Shown: piece after piece, positions 35,566 to 42,819 of the stretch
Numbering within the stretch: the stretch's first letter is position 1
Layout of the letters: every line of letters begins with the position of its first letter
DNA from: Gemmatimonadaceae bacterium
GTDB taxonomy: Bacteria; Gemmatimonadota; Gemmatimonadetes; Gemmatimonadales; Gemmatimonadaceae
Length of the DNA stretch: 64,000 nt
Assembly (NCBI GenBank): GCA_013361935.1
Contig: JABFXC010000054.1
Location: forward strand, 678 to 64,677
Direction: 5' to 3'
The notes under the pieces: generated by a model
Seen by the model: the letters and a program-made list of their open reading frames with translations, nothing else
Databases searched by the model: none
What the model was told of the DNA's origin: nothing
Translations under genes and position numbers: made by a program

Positions 35566-36257
35566 CCGGCTCGGCTGTGATAACAGGGAGCCGGGGAGGG
35601 ACGGGAGAGCGCTGTTTGCAGAGATTGCTCGGCCGTTCCTTGCGACTCTCTCTGGCTTACTGTGAAGAATCGAGCTGGACGCTACGGTTCGCGGCGGAAA
35701 ACCGGATCCTTCAGCTCCAGTCGCCGGATCCCATCCTTCATCAGCTCGACGTGGCAGTTGCAGAGAAGTCCGACGGAAATTCCGGAGAGCTTCATGTACG
35801 TGAGCAGCTGGGCAGTGCAAATCGGGTGCAGATGCTCGACCGCCTTCACCTCGACGATCACCTGCCCTTCGACGATCAGATCGATCCGGTAGCCGGCATC
35901 GATGTCGAATCCTTTGTATCGTAGCGGGAGATATACCTGGCGCTGCACCTCCAGCCCGCGCAACCCGAGCTCGAACGCCAGGCAGTTCTCGTACGACGAC
36001 TCGAGCGCGCCCGGCCCGAGGAACTTGTGCACCTCGATCCCGCCTCCGATGATCTCCTCCGTGAGGGCGTCGTCCACCGGCGACATTCGTCGATTGTTCA
36101 TACCCTATCGCTACACCGGCCCGTCAATCGATCGTCATCTCGTCGCCCCTGACGTCCAAGCGCCGGCGTGGAGCAGAGGAGAAGGTCGGCCGGGCGACGG
36201 CTCCCCCTGAAACGTCTCCCCCGCCCTCGCCGGCTCCCTGTTACACACAGCCGAGCC
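35566..36257. mobile_element. ~690-bp lower-GC cassette bounded by ~42-bp imperfect inverted repeats, carrying a GxxExxY gene
   Basis: The left end CCGGCTCGGCTGTGATAACAGGGAGCCGGGGAGGGACGGGAGA (35566-35609) matches the reverse complement of the right end tctcccccgccctcgccggctccctgttacacacagccgagcc (36215-36257) at about 37 of 42 positions. It fills the whole spacer between the symporter stop (35546) and the kinase start (36272). Confidence 0.65.
35682..36101 (-). CDS. GxxExxY protein (PD-(D/E)XK nuclease-like family)
   Basis: 139 aa. GPGALESSYENCL contains G-x-x-E-x-x-Y. The following RIDLIVEGQVIVEVKA fits a D...E-x-K nuclease core. GC content is visibly lower than in the neighbours. Confidence 0.8.
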   Translation of the reverse strand: MNNRRMSPVDDALTEEIIGGGIEVHKFLGPGALESSYENCLAFELGLRGLEVQRQVYLPLRYKGFDIDAGYRIDLIVEGQVIVEVKAVEHLHPICTAQLLTYMKLSGISVGLLCNCHVELMKDGIRRLELKDPVFRREP

Positions 36258-36271
36258 AAGAGCCCAACCCC

Positions 36272-37585
36272 ATGACCGCCACCTCCGCCCTCCTCTCCGC
36301 CGGGATGAGCCTCGACGCGGCGCGCGCGAAGGCCGAGCTGTTCGCGCGCGCGCGGGGTGCGCTCGGGCGAGCGGGCGGCGGCGCGCACGCGCTCGCCGTG
36401 TTCGTTCCCGGCCGCGTCGAGATACTCGGCAAGCACACCGACTACGCCGGCGGACGCAGTCTGCTCGCGGCCATCGAGCGGGGAATCTGCCTCGTCGCCG
36501 CGCCGCGACCGGACCTCATGATGCGCATCATCGACGCGCGCTCCGGAGAGGAGGCGGGGTTCGCGATCGATCCCGCGCTCGAGCCGGTGATGGGACAGTG
36601 GGCAAACTATCCGATGACCGTCGCGCGGCGACTCGCGCGGAACTTCCCCGAGCTGTCGCGCGGCGCCGACGTCGCCTTCGCGAGCGACCTGCCGCTGGCG
36701 GCCGGGATGAGCAGCTCGAGCGCACTGATCGTCGCCGTGTTCCTCGCGCTCGCCGAGCTCAACGCGCTCGACCAGCTCCCGTCCTACCAGGCCGCGATCC
36801 ATACGCGCGAGGATCTCGCCGCATACCTCGGCTGCGTCGAGAACGGGGAGAGCTTCGGCCCGCTCGCCGGCGATCGCGGCGTCGGCACCTTCGGAGGGAG
36901 CGAGGATCACGTCGCCATCCTCTGCAGCGAGCCGGGCGTCCTCTGCCAGTACGCGTTCTGCCCGGTGAGTTTCGAGCGCTCGATCCCCTTCCCGGCGAGT
37001 CACGCTCTCGTCATCGTGACGAGCGGGGTGGTCGCCGAGAAGACGGGGGCGATGCGTGAGGCGTACAACCGCTCGGCGCGGAACGCGCACGCCGTGCTCG
37101 ACGCCTGGCGCGCGGCGACCGGAGACGATGCGTCGTCGTTAGGCAGGGTGCTCGCCCGCGGGCCGGACGCCGCCGAGCGCCTGCGTGCCGTCGTCACCGA
37201 CCCCGTGCTGCGGGCGCGGCTCGAGGTCTTCGTCGAGGAGACGGCGTCGATCATCCCGCTCGCCGGAGAGGCGCTCGCGCGGGGAGAGCTGGACACGTTT
37301 GGCGCGCTCGCCGCCCGCTCGCAGGAGAACGCCGAGCGGCTCCTCGGCAACCAGGTGCCGGAGACGGCGCATCTCGCGCGCTCGGCGCGGAAGCTCGGCG
37401 CGGACGCGGCGTCGGCGTTCGGTGCGGGCTTCGGGGGGAGCGTCTGGGCCATGGTGCGGGCAGTGGACGCCGAGCGCTTCGCGCACCGGTGGCTCGAGGA
37501 GTACGTCGCCGCCTTTCCGCGGCATGCGGCGCGCGCCGGGACCTTCTCGACGCGCCCCGGTCCGGCGGCGCTGCGGGTGGAATGA
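36272..37585 (+). CDS. GHMP kinase, galactokinase-family sugar 1-kinase
   Basis: GRVEILGKHTDYAGG is the galactokinase signature. SDLPLAAGMSSSSAL is GHMP motif II. TFGGSEDH is also present. Confidence 0.8.
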   Translation: MTATSALLSAGMSLDAARAKAELFARARGALGRAGGGAHALAVFVPGRVEILGKHTDYAGGRSLLAAIERGICLVAAPRPDLMMRIIDARSGEEAGFAIDPALEPVMGQWANYPMTVARRLARNFPELSRGADVAFASDLPLAAGMSSSSALIVAVFLALAELNALDQLPSYQAAIHTREDLAAYLGCVENGESFGPLAGDRGVGTFGGSEDHVAILCSEPGVLCQYAFCPVSFERSIPFPASHALVIVTSGVVAEKTGAMREAYNRSARNAHAVLDAWRAATGDDASSLGRVLARGPDAAERLRAVVTDPVLRARLEVFVEETASIIPLAGEALARGELDTFGALAARSQENAERLLGNQVPETAHLARSARKLGADAASAFGAGFGGSVWAMVRAVDAERFAHRWLEEYVAAFPRHAARAGTFSTRPGPAALRVE

Positions 37586-38412
37586 GCGGGCGCGAGGGGC
37601 TTCCGCGGAAGGCGGTGATCCTCGCCCGCGGGCTCGGCACGCGCATGCGCGCGCGCGACGAGACGGCAGCGCTCGCCCCCGAGCAGGCCGCCGCCGCCGA
37701 CCGCGGGGCGAAGGCGATGATACCGTTAGGCGGGGGCCCTTTTCTCGATTACGTGCTCTCCGCCGTCGCCGACGCGGGGTTCACGGAGGTCTGCCTGGTC
37801 GTCGCGCCGGAGCACGAGGCGATGCAGCAGCGCTACACGCGCGAGGTGGTTCCCCGCCGGCTGCACCTCACCTTCGCCGTGCAGCGCGAGCCCCGCGGCA
37901 CCGCCGACGCCGTGCTCGCCGCGGCCGCGTTCGTGGGCGAGGACGCGTTCCTCGTCCTCAACGGCGACAACTACTATCCGCCCGCGGTGCTCGCCGCGCT
38001 GCGCGAGACGCCGGCGCCGGCGATGGTCGGCTTCAGCCGCGCGGGACTCGTTCGCGACGGGCAGATTCCGCCCGAGCGCATCGCGCGCTACGCGCTGCTC
38101 GACGTCAACCCCGACGGGCTCCTCCGCCGGATCGTCGAGAAGCCGGACGAGGAGACCGCGCGCGCCCTCGGCGACGCGCCGGTGAGCATGAACTGCTGGC
38201 TGCTGACGCCGGCGATCGTCGACGCGTGCCGGCGCGTCGCTCCCTCCCCGCGCGGGGAGCTCGAGCTGCCGAGCGCGGAGCAGCTGCCGATCGACACGAT
38301 GGGGGTGCACGTGCACGTGCTTCCGGCGGACGCATCCGTCCTCGACCTCTCGCACCGTGCGGACGTCGCGACGGTCGCCGCGCGGTTGGAAGATGTGCGC
38401 GTGGCGCTTTGA
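37582..38412 (+). CDS. Sugar-1-phosphate nucleotidylyltransferase (NTP_transferase fold)
   Basis: Starts MSGREGLPRKAVILARGLGTRMR (G-x-G-T-R motif). Contains PRGTADAV and LNGDNYY. ATGA overlap with the kinase gene. Confidence 0.8.
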   Translation: MSGREGLPRKAVILARGLGTRMRARDETAALAPEQAAAADRGAKAMIPLGGGPFLDYVLSAVADAGFTEVCLVVAPEHEAMQQRYTREVVPRRLHLTFAVQREPRGTADAVLAAAAFVGEDAFLVLNGDNYYPPAVLAALRETPAPAMVGFSRAGLVRDGQIPPERIARYALLDVNPDGLLRRIVEKPDEETARALGDAPVSMNCWLLTPAIVDACRRVAPSPRGELELPSAEQLPIDTMGVHVHVLPADASVLDLSHRADVATVAARLEDVRVAL

Positions 38413-38431
38413 CCTTGCTCGCGTGGGTTGG

Positions 38432-38498
38432 ACACGAAGGACACGGAGAAACACGAAGTTGGCGCAATACCCTTCGTGCGCCTTCGTGTCCTTCGTGT
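38432..38498 (+). terminator. 27-bp-stem hairpin made of ACACGAAG-type repeats downstream of the nucleotidylyltransferase gene
   Basis: ACACGAAGGACACGGAGAAACACGAAG, a 13-nt loop, then CTTCGTGCGCCTTCGTGTCCTTCGTGT (23 of 27 paired), followed by tgatttc. Confidence 0.5.
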
Positions 38499-38556
38499 TG
38501 ATTTCAAGAGCACGGTCATCTCGCGGCGCGTACGGTTTTGAGTTACGATCCGGCCC

Positions 38557-39468
38557 ATGCGCACCTCGCTCGTCATCGTCGCGCTCCTCATCGTCGCCGC
38601 CTGCACGGGCGCGCCGGCGCGGATCGTCGTCGGCACTTCGGACAGCGTCGTCGTCAACAACCGCCGCGCGGTTCAGCTCGCGGCGCGCGTGCTCGACGCG
38701 CGCGGACACGCGCTCCCCGACACCGGCGTGCGCTTCGAGTGGCTGTCGGGGACGCTGGCGACGGTGTCGCCGGAAGGGGTGGTCATGTGCAATCGCGCCG
38801 GAGATGCCGTCGTCCGCGCGTCGCTCGGCGCCGTCTTCACCGACGTCCACCTCCTCTGTCGGCCGATTCGAACGCTGCGCGCGCTGTCCGAGCTCCGGTT
38901 CGTCGCCGGGGATTCGACGCAGCCGATCCTCCTCGAGGCACTGGGCCTCGACGGCACGCCCGTGTCCCAAATCGCCGGAGTCGCGACGATCCAGGACGAC
39001 AGGGTGGCGACGCTTACCGGGCTGCGCGTCACACCGCGCGCGCCTGGAAAGACGTACGTCACCGTGCACGTCGGCGATCGCGGCGTCGGTACCGGCGTGA
39101 TGGTCTACGCCCGCGCGGCGACGCTGGCCCCGCCGCGCCCGGAGCAGCCGGGGGTCGCCGTGCCGGTGACGCTGCAGAGCGGCGAAACGCGGCGCTGGCG
39201 GCTGCCGCGCGGCCGCTACATCGTCGGGCTCCTCCCCGATTCGACCGGGGTTCACTTCACCGTGCTCGGCGCCGGCTGCGTGCGTCTCCCCTGGGATCGG
39301 CGGATGATGTGCGAGGCCGATGACGGCATGACGGTGATCGCCTACGCTCCATGGTCGCCCGGAGCAGCGCCGGAGGCGACGGGGGCGATCACCCTCGAGA
39401 CGCTCGTCGGCGGCGACACGCGGCACGCCTCGGCGACACCAACCAGCAACCCCGGACCCCCGCGATGA
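38557..39468 (+). CDS. Lipoprotein with Ig-like (Big_2-like) repeats
   Basis: MRTSLVIVALLIVAACTG is a lipobox. Repeats resemble Big_2 (VVVNNRRAVQLAARVLDARGHALPDTGVRFEWLSGTLATVSPEGVVMCNRAGDAVVRA; DDRVATLTGLRVTPRAPGKTYVTV). Confidence 0.6.
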   Translation: MRTSLVIVALLIVAACTGAPARIVVGTSDSVVVNNRRAVQLAARVLDARGHALPDTGVRFEWLSGTLATVSPEGVVMCNRAGDAVVRASLGAVFTDVHLLCRPIRTLRALSELRFVAGDSTQPILLEALGLDGTPVSQIAGVATIQDDRVATLTGLRVTPRAPGKTYVTVHVGDRGVGTGVMVYARAATLAPPRPEQPGVAVPVTLQSGETRRWRLPRGRYIVGLLPDSTGVHFTVLGAGCVRLPWDRRMMCEADDGMTVIAYAPWSPGAAPEATGAITLETLVGGDTRHASATPTSNPGPPR

Positions 39469-40853
39469 GCGCCGACATCGAACGCCGCGACTTCCTGAAG
39501 ACCATCGCCGTCGCCGGCGCCGGGCTCGGACTCGGCTGCCACCCGGCGGCCGTCGGGCCTAACGCTCCGCCAGGTGCCACCGCGACTCGCGTCGCCCCCG
39601 GCGTCGCGCCTACCGCGCTCTTCACCGCGCCGCCCATCCCGACCGTGCGCGTCGGCTTCGTCGGCGTCGGGCATCAGGGGACGAGCCACGTCGAGAACTT
39701 CACGAAGATCCCGGGGGTCGAGATCCGCGCGATCTGCGACCTTCTCCCCGAGCACGTGGAGCGGGCGCAGAAGATCGTCACCGACGCCGGGCAGCCGAAG
39801 CCGGAGGGCTACTCGCGCGGGCCGGAAGACTACCGGCGCATGTGCGACGAGGCGCAGCTCGACCTCGTCTTCAACGCGACGCCGTGGGAGCTGCACGCGC
39901 CGGTGATGCTCGCGGCGATGAACGCGGGGAAGCACGCGGCGACCGAGGTCCCGATGGCGGCCTCGCTCGAGGAGCTGTGGGCGCTCGTCGAGACCGCGGA
40001 GCGGACGAAGCGGCACTGCGTGATGATGGAGAATTGCTGCTACGACCGGACGGAGATGATGATCCTCCGCATGGTGCGCGAGGGCGCCTTCGGCGAGCTG
40101 CTGCACGGCGAGTGCGGCTACCTGCACGACCTGCGCACCCTCAAGCTCACCGACTACTACGTCAATCGCTGGCGGATCAAGCATTCCATCCGCCGCAACG
40201 GCGACCTCTACCCGACGCACGGCGTCGGACCGGTCGCGCAGTGGATGAACGTCAACCGCGGCAACCGCTTCGACTATCTGGTCTCGATGGCGACGATGTC
40301 GCGCGGGCTGAACCTCTGGGCGGCGGAGCACATCGGCCCGGAGAGCGCCGAGGCGCGGCAGCGGTACGCGTTAGGCGACGTCTGCACGACGGTGATCCGA
40401 ACGACCGGCGGCCAGACGATCGTCGTCACCCACAACACGAGCAACCCGCGCCCGTACAGCCGCAACATCCTCCTCCAGGGGACGAAGGGCCTCATCCGGA
40501 AGTACCCCGAGGAGAAGATCTATCTCGAGGGGCGCAGCCCGAACGACCGCTGGGAGCCGACGACCGCCTACCAGTCACAGTACGAGCATCCGATCTGGAA
40601 GTCTCTCGAGGAGCGCTCCGCGGGCGCGGGCCACGGCGGGATGGACTACATCGAGGACTTCCGCCTCGTCGAGAGCCTTCGCGCCGGCGCACCGACCGAC
40701 ATGGACGTCTACGACGGCGCGGCGTGCACCAGCGTGATCATGATGAGCGAAGCCTCGATCGCGGCGAAAGGCCAGCCGCAGCAGATGCCCGACTTCACGC
40801 GCGGGGCATGGCAGTCGCGGCCGCCGTTAGGGATCGTGCAGGCGGCGGGGTGA
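39465..40853 (+). CDS. Gfo/Idh/MocA-family oxidoreductase with Tat signal (GH109-like architecture)
   Basis: Starts MSADIERRDFLKTIAVAGAGLGLG (twin-Arg). Rossmann motif VGFVGVGHQGTSH. Contains ATPWELHAPVMLAAMNAGKHAATEVP and MENCCY. ATGA overlap with the upstream gene. Confidence 0.85.
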   Translation: MSADIERRDFLKTIAVAGAGLGLGCHPAAVGPNAPPGATATRVAPGVAPTALFTAPPIPTVRVGFVGVGHQGTSHVENFTKIPGVEIRAICDLLPEHVERAQKIVTDAGQPKPEGYSRGPEDYRRMCDEAQLDLVFNATPWELHAPVMLAAMNAGKHAATEVPMAASLEELWALVETAERTKRHCVMMENCCYDRTEMMILRMVREGAFGELLHGECGYLHDLRTLKLTDYYVNRWRIKHSIRRNGDLYPTHGVGPVAQWMNVNRGNRFDYLVSMATMSRGLNLWAAEHIGPESAEARQRYALGDVCTTVIRTTGGQTIVVTHNTSNPRPYSRNILLQGTKGLIRKYPEEKIYLEGRSPNDRWEPTTAYQSQYEHPIWKSLEERSAGAGHGGMDYIEDFRLVESLRAGAPTDMDVYDGAACTSVIMMSEASIAAKGQPQQMPDFTRGAWQSRPPLGIVQAAG

Positions 40854-40865
40854 GGCCCGGCCGTC

Positions 40866-40960
40866 CAGCCTCAGCTCTTCCAAACAGCCTTGCTCTTCCA
40901 AACAGCCTGGCTCTTCCAAACAGCCTGGCTCTTCCAAACAGCCTCGCTCTTCCAAACAGC
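40866..40960 (+). repeat. Tandem repeat, ~5 copies of the 18-nt unit GCTCTTCCAAACAGCCTN
   Basis: gctcttccaaacagcctt, gctcttccaaacagcctg (twice), gctcttccaaacagcctc, gctcttccaaacagcagg. One degenerate copy (gctcctccaactgcagg) precedes element copy A. Confidence 0.9.
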
Positions 40961-40961
40961 A

Positions 40962-41160
40962 GGGGCATTATAGGGTAACTGCAACCACATCAAGGAGTGC
41001 CCGAGCCGAGGAGGCCGGGGAGAACTGCCTCGGGGAGCTGTTGCAGTTGCAAACGCAACGGCTCGTGCAGTTCTCCCGGAACTCCCCGGCTCGGCGTACC
41101 AAAGAGTGGTTGCCGTTACCCTATTAAAGCCCTAGCTGTTGCCGAGCAAAGTTGCCGAGC
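40962..41160 (+). repeat. Palindromic MITE-like or structured-RNA-like element, copy B
   Basis: GGGGCATTATAGGGTAACTGCAACC (40962-40986) pairs with GGTTGCCGTTACCCTATTAAAGCCC (41108-41132). Shares the blocks CATCAAGGAGTGCCCGAGCCGAGGAG and GAACTCCCCGGCTCGGCGTACCAAAG with copy A. The apical hairpin differs (gggagaactgc...gcagttctccc). Two GTTGCCGAGC units lie at the 3' side. Confidence 0.8.
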
Positions 41161-41242
41161 CGCCGGGCGTAACCCCGTGCACGAGTCGGGCGTCCTCTTT
41201 CACCACGAAAGAAGACCATTACCACCGACTCCGAGCACGCCA

Positions 41243-41851
41243 ATGCAGATTCGCCACCTCGCCGCCGCTTTCCTCGTTTTCACCGCCAGCGCCGCCGCCG
41301 CGCAGGCGCCGCAGGCCGCACCGAAGGCCCGCAACGTCGTGCCGACGCTCGGCTTCTCCATCGGCGCCGCCTCGCTCGATCCCGATGCCGCCGCGAGCTC
41401 CAGTGTCGGCGACCAGGCGTGGGGGATCCAGCTCGACGGCGGGGTCGTCGTGAAGAAGCGCTTCCTGCTCGGTGTCGACGTCGGCGGGCAGTTCCTCGAC
41501 GACAAGGCCCAGTTCACCCAGTCGACCACCGGCGGCGACATGAAGTCGAGCGCGTCGGTGACGTACTTCTCGGCGATGGCCGGGCTGCGCAGCGGGATCC
41601 CCGCCTCCTTCCCCATCGGGCTCGCGGTCAATGTCGGCGCCAGCGCGACGGTGGGCCGCCGGAGCATCGACAACTGCGTCGACTGCCACACCGACAAGCT
41701 GAAGATCCCCGGCGGCGGGTTCGTCGAGCCGACGCTGCTGCTCCGCGTGCGGAAGTTCATGATCCGGGCGACGGATCGCGTCTACCTCGGCGGCGACGGG
41801 ATGCGCAGCGTGATCTCGGCGGGAATGCAGTTCGACTTCCACGGCCGTTAG
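41243..41851 (+). CDS. Small outer-membrane beta-barrel-like protein
   Basis: Starts MQIRHLAAAFLVFTASAAAAQA (signal peptide). Alternating-hydrophobic strands. Ends GMQFDFHGR. Confidence 0.6.
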   Translation: MQIRHLAAAFLVFTASAAAAQAPQAAPKARNVVPTLGFSIGAASLDPDAAASSSVGDQAWGIQLDGGVVVKKRFLLGVDVGGQFLDDKAQFTQSTTGGDMKSSASVTYFSAMAGLRSGIPASFPIGLAVNVGASATVGRRSIDNCVDCHTDKLKIPGGGFVEPTLLLRVRKFMIRATDRVYLGGDGMRSVISAGMQFDFHGR

Positions 41852-41862
41852 GCGACACAGCA

Positions 41863-41899
41863 CCGGGCACGCGTCGAGTCCGGTTCGACGCGTGCCCGG
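41863..41899 (+). terminator. Perfect 15-bp stem hairpin after the OMP-like gene
   Basis: CCGGGCACGCGTCGA-gtccggt-TCGACGCGTGCCCGG followed by ttcgatc. The tail is T-poor. Confidence 0.5.
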
Positions 41900-41979
41900 T
41901 TCGATCACACGTCGTCACGAAAACACTTGACGGGTGTGATCCGGAGCGCCACTTTGCGCGCCCGTACGATTCGCACCTG

Positions 41980-42456
41980 ATGCCGGTGGCGGCGCGATGC
42001 CGCGCGCCACGGCGGGCGGCGAGCAAGTCGCAAGGGAGGTGGATCGTGACCGACGCGCGCACCGAGCCCATCGAGGCAGACCCGTTGGAGAGCACGCTGC
42101 CGGCCGCTCCGCTCTCTCCGGACACGGCGATGGAGCTGTGGAGGTGGCTGCGCGCGCAGCGCACCGCGCACTCGTGGGGACTCGCCATCGGTCCGGCGGA
42201 GGTCCGCGCGGTGATGCGTCCCCTCTGCGAGGAAACGCGCGCCCGCGGCGGCCGCGTCGAGCAGCTCATCGTGCTGCTCAAGGAGCTGTGGACGCTGCTC
42301 CCGGCCGAGTCGGGAAGCGGGCAGCCCGCCGACGTCCCCGCGCCCGGCTGGCGTGCGAGCGAGCGCGAGGTGCTCCACGTCGTCGTGCGGCTCTGCATCG
42401 ACGAGTTCTATTCTCCAGTGCCCTTCGTGGACGAGCGTCCGCGCCCGCGCGCCTAA
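41980..42456 (+). CDS. Hypothetical protein
   Basis: 158 codons from MPVAARC (a GTG start a few codons later is also possible). Protein-like segment ELWRWLRAQRTAHSWGLAIGPAEVRAVMRPLCEETRARGGRVEQLIVLLKELWTLL. No recognised motif. Confidence 0.45.
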   Translation: MPVAARCRAPRRAASKSQGRWIVTDARTEPIEADPLESTLPAAPLSPDTAMELWRWLRAQRTAHSWGLAIGPAEVRAVMRPLCEETRARGGRVEQLIVLLKELWTLLPAESGSGQPADVPAPGWRASEREVLHVVVRLCIDEFYSPVPFVDERPRPRA

Positions 42457-42713
42457 CGGCGCCAGCTGAGGGCGAGCAGGTCGGAGGCGGGGAGGGTGCG
42501 CCAGTCGGCGGGATAGTCCCAGACCCGGCGGACCGTGCCGGTGCAGGTGAAGATCAGGCAGACGTCGGCCTTCGCGCCCGGATCGTGGCGTGCGTCGCGC
42601 TCGCTCACCCGCCACTGGACGTAGGACGGATCCACGAAGTCCACGAAACCGCCGCCATCGGCGGTGTCGAGGTACGTCGGGATCGAGCCGTGGATCATCG
42701 CAGCGCGTTGCAC
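42453..42713 (-). CDS. Hypothetical small protein (86 aa)
   Basis: MQRAAMIHGSIPTYLDTADGGGFVDFVDPSYVQWRVSERDARHDPGAKADVCLIFTCTGTVRRVWDYPADWRTL has balanced composition. Its stop overlaps the stop of the convergent gene. Confidence 0.5.
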   Translation of the reverse strand: MQRAAMIHGSIPTYLDTADGGGFVDFVDPSYVQWRVSERDARHDPGAKADVCLIFTCTGTVRRVWDYPADWRTLPASDLLALSWRR

Positions 42714-42819
42714 GGGGGGACGTGCGGAATCGACCGTGGTGCGGCGGGAATCGCCGTGCGCGGTCCGTACAGATTAATACGCAATAATGAAGCCGGTGGT
42801 CGCCGCGGGCGGCACGGTC

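Noticed and set aside
40866-40960. Possible CRISPR array or coding ALPNSL peptide repeat (ORF 39842..40978).
   Set aside because: The 18-nt units are directly abutting, with no spacers and no cas genes nearby. The ORF containing them is an out-of-frame shadow of the oxidoreductase gene. I treated it as a non-coding tandem repeat attached to the MITE-like element.
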